From: Thermoplasmata archaeon
Lineage (GTDB): Archaea; Thermoplasmatota; Thermoplasmata; Lutacidiplasmatales; UBA184
DNA length: 64,000 bases
Assembly: GCA_022750435.1 (NCBI GenBank)
Contig: JAKIVS010000010.1
Span: forward strand, 3,912 to 67,911
Direction: 5' to 3'
Below are positions 10,251-18,368 of this stretch, piece by piece. The notes under the pieces were generated by a model. It saw only the letters and a program-made list of their open reading frames with translations, searched no databases and was not told the DNA's origin. A program made the translations under genes and the position numbers. Numbering within the stretch: the first letter of the stretch is position 1; the number at the start of each line of letters is the position of its first letter.

Positions 10251-10787
10251 CTAGTTGTCGGCCGCCGCTTCCCCGGCGTCGGAGCCGCCGCTCGGGGGGC
10301 CCTTCTTCCCGGGGCCGCGCTTGAGGATCTCGCCGCTGATGCGGTCGAGCTCGCCCATCAACGAATCGATATCGCCGGGCTCAGCCGCCGCGCCGGCCGC
10401 CGCACCGCCCGCCACGGCCGCCCCCGTCGCCGCCCCGACGTCGTCGGGGGTCTCCAAGTACGGGGGGGCCTCGGCGGGGGCCGGGGACTCGGGCGATGTG
10501 CCCGACCACGCCGCGACGCCGGCGCCGCCTCCGGCCGATGGCGGGCCGCCACGGCGTCGTTGGAGGATGATGGCGATGGCGACAATGAGGATGACCGCCG
10601 CGAGGAGGGCTCCCAGGCCCCACGTGAGCGCGCTCGGCCCGCTGCTGGGGCAGGTTCCATACTGGCACGAGGCCGACGCCGACACCACACCCGTCGCCGG
10701 TCCGAGGGCCGCCGCAAGGACGACCGCGAGCATGGCGAGGGCCAGAACGAGGGGGACGGCGGATGGTCGTCCCCGGAGAACGGTCAT
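10251..10787 (-). CDS. Hypothetical membrane protein (signal or TM helix, short Cys loop, TM helix, low-complexity tail)
   Basis: A hydrophobic N-terminal segment, SCQYGTCP, a second TM helix followed by RRRR, and an Ala/Gly/Pro-rich tail ending in an amphipathic helix. Confidence 0.7.
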   Translation of the reverse strand: MTVLRGRPSAVPLVLALAMLAVVLAAALGPATGVVSASASCQYGTCPSSGPSALTWGLGALLAAVILIVAIAIILQRRRGGPPSAGGGAGVAAWSGTSPESPAPAEAPPYLETPDDVGAATGAAVAGGAAAGAAAEPGDIDSLMGELDRISGEILKRGPGKKGPPSGGSDAGEAAADN

Positions 10788-10912
10788 GTCAGCGTGTGGG
10801 CCCACGTCGAGGCCCAGATTTACAGGGCCGGGTGGTGTATGTAAACCCTTCGCGGCTCTCGACGGTGTCGCGCGACGCACGCCGACCGGCCGAGCGGCGA
10901 CGGAGCCGAACG

Positions 10913-11209
10913 ATGACCTCGATCCCGTACCAAGCGGTGTTCCTCGCCCTGCTCGCCGTCTACATGCTCTATTCGGGGGCGGCGGGGCTGAATCCCCGCT
11001 GGCCGGTCTACGGCGCTCTGCTCCTGCTGCTGGCCGCCGCCGTGGCCGACGGGCTCGGGGCGACCAATGCGGCCAACCAGCTCGCGCTCGACGTGGTGTT
11101 CCTGCTCGCCGCGGGGGTCGGCCTCATCGCCTTCGACCAGCGGCGCCGGGGACCCCGGTCAGCCGGCACGGTTCCGGCGACGGACCCGCCAGGAACCGAC
11201 GCGACGTAA
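10913..11209 (+). CDS. Small three-TM hypothetical membrane protein
   Basis: 98 aa from the ATG at 10913 (MTSIPYQAVFLALL...), with three hydrophobic segments. Confidence 0.7.
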   Translation: MTSIPYQAVFLALLAVYMLYSGAAGLNPRWPVYGALLLLLAAAVADGLGATNAANQLALDVVFLLAAGVGLIAFDQRRRGPRSAGTVPATDPPGTDAT

Positions 11210-12724
11210 CAGGGTGAGCCGACGGCCGAGCATCCGCTCGACCACCTCGAGGGCGAGGGCGTCCCCGTGGTCGACGCTGCCGGTGAGCAGCACGACGAGA
11301 ACGAAGAACCCGGCGATCGCAAGGCCGATCAGCGGTAGGTACAGCCCGGTCGGGGCGACCGGGACGAGGAAGAACAGGGCGGCGACCGGGACTCCCGTCA
11401 GCGCGACCGGCAGCAGATAGTGGCGCCGGAACGGGTGGACGCCCTCGAAGTACGCCAGTTCGATGATCGAGAGGAGTGGGTTCAACGCGTTCGCCGAGGC
11501 CCACGCGATCGCCGCTCCCACCGCCCCGTAGGTCGGGACGAGGGCAAAGGCGAGGACGACGTCGACCGACGCCGAGATGACCGCGTTGTAGACGAGGAGG
11601 CGGGTCTGCCCAAACGACACCTGCGTCGCCGCGGCGGGTCCGACCAGGGTCGAGACCATGGACCCGGCGACGAGGATCTGGAGGTCGAGGGGCGCGCCGC
11701 TGTACTGCGAAGAGTAGACGAATCCGAGCGATCCGACCGGGAAGAAGAAGAACAGGAAGAACAGCGGTAGGGCGGTCAGGGCGACCCATTTCGTGGCCGT
11801 GGCATAGGTCAGCTGGACTCCCTCGACGTCGTGCTCCCGGACGAATCGGGTCGCCACCGGGAGGAAGATGTACGAGAGCGACCCCATCCCGATCTGGAGC
11901 AGCCGGGCGAGCGTCAGCGTCGCCGAGTAGCTGCCGACCGCCGAGTAGTGGAAGGCGCTGAGGATCAGCAGGTCGGCATTGCCCGTGACGAATCCCGCGA
12001 CGCCGACGACGAACAGCGGGATCGCGAACAGGTAGAGCTTGCGCGCGGCCGCCGGAGCGCGCGGGCCGGGGGGGAGATGGGCCGCCAGGTGGCGCCGGAC
12101 GTAGAGGGCGAGTCCGGCGATCATCAGGGAGTTGGCCGCGACATAGCCTCCCAGAACCTCCGTGAACGCGGCGGACCCTTTCGAGACGTGGAGGACGAGG
12201 AAGACGAAGAGGAAGAACGCGGCCGGGTTCAGGATCTGAACGTAGACGACGTTCGGCCGGACGTCCTCGAACCCCTGGAAAACGGAAATGACGAGGGTGC
12301 TGACGATCGAGCAGGCGACGGCGACGCTGAACGCCTCCAGCGTCCCGGCGAGCGCCGGGTCGTGGTAGTAGCCGCCGAGCACGTCGCCGGTCACGAACAT
12401 GCCGACCCCGAAGCCGACCGCCGAGCCGACGAGGAGGCGCGAGGCGCTCCGGACGATCGTGCGGCGCTCGTCGTTCCCGGGCGCGAACGGCAGGCTCCGC
12501 GCCACGGCCTGGGGGAGCCCGAGCGTTCCGAACGAGGCGAGGAGCCCCGCCAGCGCGACGGCGAAGGCGAAGTCGCTCCACTCGGTGAGAGAGAGGGTCC
12601 GAACCAGGTACACCCGGGTGAGGAACGTCGCGCCGACGTAGACGAGGGTCCCGAGCAGCATCAGAACGGTGCCGCGGGTGACCGTGTGCAACCCGTCCCG
12701 GGCCGTTCGCGCGCCGTCGTCCAA
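11159..12724 (-). CDS. Oligosaccharide flippase (Wzx/RfbX, MOP superfamily)
   Basis: About 14 TM helices with TLGLPQAVAR, VFQGFE, LFAIPLF, ADLLIL...VGSYS and LVPTYGAVGAAIA. The start is uncertain; TTG at 12724 was used. Confidence 0.9.
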   Translation of the reverse strand: MDDGARTARDGLHTVTRGTVLMLLGTLVYVGATFLTRVYLVRTLSLTEWSDFAFAVALAGLLASFGTLGLPQAVARSLPFAPGNDERRTIVRSASRLLVGSAVGFGVGMFVTGDVLGGYYHDPALAGTLEAFSVAVACSIVSTLVISVFQGFEDVRPNVVYVQILNPAAFFLFVFLVLHVSKGSAAFTEVLGGYVAANSLMIAGLALYVRRHLAAHLPPGPRAPAAARKLYLFAIPLFVVGVAGFVTGNADLLILSAFHYSAVGSYSATLTLARLLQIGMGSLSYIFLPVATRFVREHDVEGVQLTYATATKWVALTALPLFFLFFFFPVGSLGFVYSSQYSGAPLDLQILVAGSMVSTLVGPAAATQVSFGQTRLLVYNAVISASVDVVLAFALVPTYGAVGAAIAWASANALNPLLSIIELAYFEGVHPFRRHYLLPVALTGVPVAALFFLVPVAPTGLYLPLIGLAIAGFFVLVVLLTGSVDHGDALALEVVERMLGRRLTLLRRVGSWRVRRRNRAG

Positions 12725-12815
12725 GGGTGCCCAAGGCTCGACGGGTGACCCCGGCAGAAAAGCGTACCGTCCGACGGGAAGGCGGTCTAAAGACCCCCCA
12801 GCCCCATCGGCGGCT

Positions 12816-14873
12816 GTGACCGTTCCGGGCCCCGGGTTCGGGCCGTGGGCGGTCGGGCTCCTCCTCTTCGCCGCGGCGTCGGCGCTCGCCGGGGGCGCGG
12901 TCCGAACCGCGCTCGTCCGGTTCCTTCCCTCCTGGCGGACGCTCGGTCCGGTCGAACGGCTCCTGCTCGACCTGTACCTCGGAGGTGGGGCGGTGTACGC
13001 CCTCGCCATCCTTCCCCTCGGACTGTTCACCGCCGCCACGTTCCCCCTCGTGGTGACGCTCGGGGCGGCGTACCTGCTCTACCGGGCGGCGCGCGCCGGA
13101 CGGGCGACGACCCGGGCGGCGATCGAGCACGCCGTTGGCGAGTACCTGGCCTGGGGGCCTGGGGTCGCCCTCGCGACGGCGGGCGCGCTCGGGCTCCTCG
13201 AGCTCGCGCTCGCCATTGGCGTGCCGACAGGGAACACCTACGACGCGAGCCAGCTCGCGACCTACACGAGCCTCCTGATCCAGCACCGCTCGGTGCCCAC
13301 GAGCCTCGCCGGTGTCGGGCTCTCGGTTCCGGTCGTCTACCCGCAGGGAACGGCCGTCTGGATGGGGAGCGCCCAGCTCCTGTTCGGGCTGCCGGCAGCC
13401 CGCACTTCGGTGCTCGTCACACCGATGTTCTTCGGGCTCGCCCCCCTCGGCGCCTACGCGCTCGGTGACCGCTGGCTCGGCGGGGCGAGAGCTGGCGCCA
13501 CCCTCGCGGTCACCTTCCTCCTGCTGGCCACGTGGACCCGCCTCCAGGTCTCCGGGAGCTACGATTTCGTGGCGGCGTTCCCCCTCGTCCTCCTCCTCAT
13601 CGCCCTCTCGAAGGGCTGGCTGGGGCCGACCCCGCTCCTGTGGCGGGAGGCCGTCGCCTTCGGCCTGCTCGCCGGGTATGCGGCGGCGCTGAACCCGGTC
13701 GGTGTCGGCTGGTGGCTCCTCGCCCTCCCGGTGGCGGCGGGCCTGACCGCCGGGGTTCGGTGGGCCGGGAGCGCCCGCCGATGGTTCGCCCGGTTCGGCG
13801 CGGCGCTCGCGGCCTCGGCGGTCCCGATCCTACCGTCGCTGGTCGCCATCCTCGGGGGACTCGGGCACCTCGGGTTCGCCCGGGGCGAACCGGGCGTGGG
13901 CACGATCGCTCCGGTCGGTCTGACCGGACCGGAGGTGGTCGGGTACGTCGACCCGTTCCTGTTCCGTCCGAACGACATCTGGCTCTCCCCGTTCCCGTCG
14001 CTCCGACTCGAGCTCGCCGTCCTGTTGGTGGTCGGGGCGATGCTTCTGCTGCTAAGACCGTCGTTCGCCGGCGACCGCTCCCTCCTGGCCCGGTTCGCGG
14101 TGGCCGGCGGTCTCTCGACCACTGCGTGGTTCGCCCTCGAGTGGCTCGCCTCGACCGGCCTACGTCCCCTCGATGCCCTCGCCCCTCTCACGAGCGGGGG
14201 AGAGCTCGCGGAGATGCTGTTCACCCTGTTCGTCGTCGTGGCCGCCCTGCCCATCGTGCTTCTCGTCGACCGACGATGGACGCCCGCCTCGGACGGCCGC
14301 CCACCCGAGGGAGCCCCGGCGCGACGCTGGCACCGGGATCCGCTCCCCGCGCCTTCCGTCGCGCTCCTCCTCGCCCTCCTGCTGTTCGTTCCCGCCGTCG
14401 CCGTCACGGCGACCGAGCTCCCGCCGACCGTCCAGGGAGCCTACGCGTCGTTCGGCAACGTCAGCGCGGCCGACTTTGCGCTCCTCGCCTGGGCCCCCGG
14501 CCACCTGCCGGCGGGAGCCCGCGTGGTCGTCTCGCCGGGGAGCGCGGCGGAGTTCCTGCCCTCGTACGCCCCCGCCGTCCGAGTCCTCTACCCGATGGTC
14601 GTCGGCTTCGCCTACCCGAACGCGACGTACCGGGACTTCGTGGAGGAGCTGACGAACGGGACGACGATGCCGAATGCGACGCGGGACCTTCAGATCCTCA
14701 ACGCGAACTTCCTCGCCGTCACGGGCACCAACTCGGTGCTGGGCGACCCGTTCGACCCGGCCCCGTTCCTCGCGGACCCCGCCGACTTCCCCCTCGTCTT
14801 TCACGACGGGGACGCCTACGTGTTCGCGGTCGACCTGCCGTCGCCGTTCGAGCCGTCGGGCGGGCTCAGATGA
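12816..14873 (+). CDS. Large polytopic membrane protein, possible GT-C-fold glycosyltransferase
   Basis: More than 13 TM helices, a first outer loop with YDASQ...VYPQG, and a C-terminal soluble domain with sequons. It is divergent from the flippase. Start is GTG at 12816. Confidence 0.6.
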   Translation: MTVPGPGFGPWAVGLLLFAAASALAGGAVRTALVRFLPSWRTLGPVERLLLDLYLGGGAVYALAILPLGLFTAATFPLVVTLGAAYLLYRAARAGRATTRAAIEHAVGEYLAWGPGVALATAGALGLLELALAIGVPTGNTYDASQLATYTSLLIQHRSVPTSLAGVGLSVPVVYPQGTAVWMGSAQLLFGLPAARTSVLVTPMFFGLAPLGAYALGDRWLGGARAGATLAVTFLLLATWTRLQVSGSYDFVAAFPLVLLLIALSKGWLGPTPLLWREAVAFGLLAGYAAALNPVGVGWWLLALPVAAGLTAGVRWAGSARRWFARFGAALAASAVPILPSLVAILGGLGHLGFARGEPGVGTIAPVGLTGPEVVGYVDPFLFRPNDIWLSPFPSLRLELAVLLVVGAMLLLLRPSFAGDRSLLARFAVAGGLSTTAWFALEWLASTGLRPLDALAPLTSGGELAEMLFTLFVVVAALPIVLLVDRRWTPASDGRPPEGAPARRWHRDPLPAPSVALLLALLLFVPAVAVTATELPPTVQGAYASFGNVSAADFALLAWAPGHLPAGARVVVSPGSAAEFLPSYAPAVRVLYPMVVGFAYPNATYRDFVEELTNGTTMPNATRDLQILNANFLAVTGTNSVLGDPFDPAPFLADPADFPLVFHDGDAYVFAVDLPSPFEPSGGLR

Positions 14874-15765
14874 ACTCGTCGAGGAGCGATTCGCGGCCCT
14901 TCAGGCCGGCCGACTGCAGGGCGAGCGGGCCAGCGGAGAGGACCTCCTCGAGGTCCTCGTACGTCGGCTTGTCGACCTTGTAGATGAGGCCCGTCGGAAT
15001 CTTCTCCCCCCACTCGATCGCCCGCAGCCACGCCTGGCCGATGTCGCTCGGGTCATGGCCCGAGTTCTCGAGCTTGTAGACCCGCTGGCGGAACCAGTCG
15101 AACGTGTTGATCTTGTTGTACGTCACGCACGGGCTGAGGGCGTCGATGAAGGCGAACCCCTTGTGCTGGATGCCGCCCGCGATCAGGTCGGCCATCTGCT
15201 TCACGTCGCCCGAGAACGCCCGGGCGATGTAGGTCGCGCCGCTCGCGAGAGCGAGAGCGAGCGGGTGGATCGGGTTCTCGATGACCCCCTCGGGGGTCGA
15301 CTTCGTCTTGTGGCCCATCATCGAGGTGGGCGACGCCTGGCCCGTCGTGAGGCCGTAGATCTGGTTGTCCATCGTGACGTACGTCAGGTCGACGTTCCGC
15401 CGCATGGTATGGACGAAATGGCCCGCGCCGATCCCGAACCCGTCGCCGTCGCCACCGGTCGCGATGATGGTCAGGCCGTGGTTCGCCCACCGGATCCCTT
15501 CCGCGATCGGAAGCGCCCGGCCGTGGATCCCATGGAAGCCGTAGGAGGAGAGGAAGTGTGGGAGGTTCGAGGAGCATCCGATCCCCGAGACGATCACCGT
15601 CTGGTGGCTCGGGATCTTGAGGCGCTTGAGCGCCATCTCCACCGCGGCGACGACGCTGAAGTCCCCGCATCCGGGGCACCACGTCGGCTTCGTGTCCGAC
15701 TTTCCGATCAGCGGCAGCAGCGTCCCGACCGCCGGAGTGACCGGCGGAGCACTAATTCCGGCCAT
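14866..15765 (-). CDS. korB: 2-oxoacid:ferredoxin oxidoreductase beta subunit
   Basis: Motifs WCPGCGD, SGIGCS, HGRALP, the TPP motif GGDGDG...DNQIYGLTTGQASPT, and SPCVTYN. Confidence 0.95.
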   Translation of the reverse strand: MAGISAPPVTPAVGTLLPLIGKSDTKPTWCPGCGDFSVVAAVEMALKRLKIPSHQTVIVSGIGCSSNLPHFLSSYGFHGIHGRALPIAEGIRWANHGLTIIATGGDGDGFGIGAGHFVHTMRRNVDLTYVTMDNQIYGLTTGQASPTSMMGHKTKSTPEGVIENPIHPLALALASGATYIARAFSGDVKQMADLIAGGIQHKGFAFIDALSPCVTYNKINTFDWFRQRVYKLENSGHDPSDIGQAWLRAIEWGEKIPTGLIYKVDKPTYEDLEEVLSAGPLALQSAGLKGRESLLDEFI

Positions 15766-17506
15766 GACCGAGGACCTCCACGGCTTTCGCGACGATCTCG
15801 TGCGGGTAGAACGGCTCGCCGTCGTACTTCAGCAGCTTGTGCGGGAATGCCCGGCCCGTCTCGGCGCGGATGAGCCGCCCAAGCTGGCCCGAGTAGTTCG
15901 CCTCGACGAGCAGCGTCGACTTGGCGTGTCCGAGCGCCGCGTCCACGACCTCGGCGTGCAGCGGGTACACCGTGCGAACGTGGAGCAGGTTCGTGGCGAC
16001 GCCCTTCGCCGCGAGGAGCAGCATCGCATCGCGGACCGCACCGGCCGTCGATCCCCAGGCCACGAAGGTCAACGGCGCCTCGGCGGGTCCCTCCAGGACC
16101 GGAGGCTCGGTCGCCCCGGCAAGGCCCTCGAGCTTCCCCATCCGCTTCTGCATCATCCGAGCCCGCTCGGCGACCCAGACCGGGATTCCCGACTTGACGT
16201 CCGAGATCAGGTGGCCCTTCTCGTCGTGCTCGTCGGAGCCGGCGATCCACTGCAGGCCGGCCTGGCCCGGCAACGAACGCGGCGACACGCCGGATTGGGT
16301 GTATTGGTAGCGCTTGTACTCGTGGCCGTTCGGCTGCAGTGTGTACAGCGACGGGATGTCCACCGCCAGGTCGATGTCCGACCGGTCGACCGTCATGTAG
16401 TTCTCCGACAGGTGCAGGTCGCTCGCGAGCAGGATCGGAGTCTGCCAATCCTCGGCGAGCTGGAAGGCCCGGATCGTCGCCCGGTACGCTTCCACGCAGT
16501 TGGCCGGAGCGAGGATCGCCCGCGGGAATTCGCTCTGGCCCGCGCCGAGCATCAGGTTGAGGTCGCCCTGCTCGGTCTTGGTCGGGAGCCCCGTGGAGGG
16601 GCCCGCGCGTTGCGACTCGACGACGACGAGGGGGATCTCGGCCATTCCGGCCATCCCGAGCGCTTCGACCATCAGGCAGAATCCGCCGCCGCTGGTGGAG
16701 GTCATCGACCGGACCCCGCCGAAGGAGGCTCCGATCGCCATGTTGATGGCGGCCAGCTCGTCCTCCGCCTGCTTCACGACGATCCCGAGGTCACGGGAGT
16801 GCGCGGCGAGCCAGTGCATGATCGTCGAGGCCGGGGTCATGGGGTACGCGGCGATGAACTTGCAGCCGGCGGCGGCCGCGCCGAGGGCGATGGCGGCGTT
16901 GCCGGTCATCAGAAGCTTCGGGGCTCCCGCCTTCGAGATCGCGTGGTCGTTCACCGAGGCGTTCGCCTGGGCATGGGCGTATCCATCGGCGGCCGCGCCG
17001 AGGTTCCAGTCGACGACGTCGCCCTTCTTCTTGCCGAAGGAATCCGTGAGCGTCGCCTGGAGCACGTCGAGCGGAATACCGGAGAGGAACGCCGTGGCCC
17101 CGAGGCCCCCCGCGTTCTGCAAGATCGACTGGGAAGTGTACTTCCGGGCAATGGCGAGCGTCGGGACCGGCAGCGCCTTCGTCCCGGCGGGGAGCGAGCT
17201 GGTCGGGATGTCGAACTTCTCCGGGTCGAACACCACCGTACCACCCCGGGAGAGGCTCGGCAGGTGTACGTCCGCCGTCTCCTTGTTCATCGCGTAGAGC
17301 ACGTCGCACGCGTCCCCCTGCGAGTGGACCGGGGAGGGCGAGGCGCGGGCCTGGAACCAGACGTGGCCGCCGCGGATCACCGATTGGTAGGCGTTGAGCC
17401 CGAAGACGTTCAGGCCCATCCGAGAGAGCGACTTGGAGAGCGTCTCGCCGACCGATGCGATGCCGTCCCCCGCGGCTCCTCCCGCGCGGACGGAAATCTC
17501 TCCCAT
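15752..17506 (-). CDS. korA: 2-oxoacid:ferredoxin oxidoreductase alpha subunit (fused gamma-alpha)
   Basis: Motifs GGAAGDG, YQSVIRGGH, YPMTPAS, QAEDE, TSGGG, QRAGPSTGLPTKTEQGDL and VEANYSGQL. Confidence 0.95.
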   Translation of the reverse strand: MGEISVRAGGAAGDGIASVGETLSKSLSRMGLNVFGLNAYQSVIRGGHVWFQARASPSPVHSQGDACDVLYAMNKETADVHLPSLSRGGTVVFDPEKFDIPTSSLPAGTKALPVPTLAIARKYTSQSILQNAGGLGATAFLSGIPLDVLQATLTDSFGKKKGDVVDWNLGAAADGYAHAQANASVNDHAISKAGAPKLLMTGNAAIALGAAAAGCKFIAAYPMTPASTIMHWLAAHSRDLGIVVKQAEDELAAINMAIGASFGGVRSMTSTSGGGFCLMVEALGMAGMAEIPLVVVESQRAGPSTGLPTKTEQGDLNLMLGAGQSEFPRAILAPANCVEAYRATIRAFQLAEDWQTPILLASDLHLSENYMTVDRSDIDLAVDIPSLYTLQPNGHEYKRYQYTQSGVSPRSLPGQAGLQWIAGSDEHDEKGHLISDVKSGIPVWVAERARMMQKRMGKLEGLAGATEPPVLEGPAEAPLTFVAWGSTAGAVRDAMLLLAAKGVATNLLHVRTVYPLHAEVVDAALGHAKSTLLVEANYSGQLGRLIRAETGRAFPHKLLKYDGEPFYPHEIVAKAVEVLGHGRN

Positions 17507-17530
17507 CGGGGCAGTTCGAGAGGGGGTGGC

Positions 17531-17537
17531 TATTAAT
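17531..17537 (-). promoter_or_regulatory. Putative TATA box for korA
   Basis: ATTAATA on the minus strand, about 25 nt upstream of the korA ATG, consistent with a leaderless transcript. Confidence 0.55.
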
Positions 17538-17639
17538 CGGTTGTCTCTCGCCGACCGACACCCCCCAGGGATTCTGTCGTCGGTGGGCGCGGCCGAAACC
17601 GATTAGCCCGCTCCGGAGGTCCTTGGGCGGATGCGCGGG

Positions 17640-17888
17640 GTGGTTCAGGTCCGACTGTACGCCACGGCCCGCGAGGCGGCCGGAATAGCCACGATCCACC
17701 GGCCCACGGGCCCGGACGGCGTCGTCCTCCGCACCCTCCTCCGGGAACTCGCGTCCAATCGACCTCAACTTGCCCTCGTATTCCGCCACGCCCGGTTCGC
17801 CCGGAACGGGACGTACCTCCGCGGACTCGGCGCTCGGCTCCACGCCGGGGACGAGCTCGCGGTCCATCCTCCCTACAGCGGGGGATGA
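17640..17888 (+). CDS. moaD: MoaD/ThiS/SAMP ubiquitin-like sulfur carrier
   Basis: VRLYATAREAAG...GDELAVHPPYSGG ends in diglycine, and the gene is adjacent to moaE. Confidence 0.9.
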   Translation: MVQVRLYATAREAAGIATIHRPTGPDGVVLRTLLRELASNRPQLALVFRHARFARNGTYLRGLGARLHAGDELAVHPPYSGG

Positions 17889-17891
17889 ACC

Positions 17892-18368
17892 GTGGAGGTC
17901 CAGCTCACCCGACGGCGACTCGACGTCGCTCGCGCCTACCGAGAGCTTGCGGACGACCGCTCGGGAGGCGTCGCCCTCTTCGTAGGCCGGGTTCGGCCGG
18001 ACCGCGGGGAGGGCGGTGTCATTCGCGCGCTCTGGTACGAGGCCGACGAGCGGATGGCCCTTCCTCAGCTCCGGGCGCTGGTCGTCGAGGTGAGGCGTCT
18101 CCACGAGGCGCGTCGAGTCGTCGTGTGGCACCGCCTGGGCGAGATTCCTGTCGGTGAGGTCTCGGTAATCGTCGGCGCCGCGACCGGGCACCGGGCCGAG
18201 GCGTTCCGGGCGGCGCGGTTCCTCATCGAGGGGGTGAAGCGCGGCGTGCCGATCTGGAAGACAGATCGAGCGCGACCCGCGCGTCGACCGCCACGACGCC
18301 CTCGCCCATCGGTCGGACGATCAGCGGGTTCAGGTCGAGCTCCGCGACCTCGGGGCACTCGACGATGA
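17892..18368 (+). CDS. moaE: Molybdopterin synthase catalytic subunit
   Basis: Motifs GGVALFVGRVR, HRLGEIPVGEVSV, HRAEAF and KRGVPIWK. Confidence 0.93.
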   Translation: MEVQLTRRRLDVARAYRELADDRSGGVALFVGRVRPDRGEGGVIRALWYEADERMALPQLRALVVEVRRLHEARRVVVWHRLGEIPVGEVSVIVGAATGHRAEAFRAARFLIEGVKRGVPIWKTDRARPARRPPRRPRPSVGRSAGSGRAPRPRGTRR

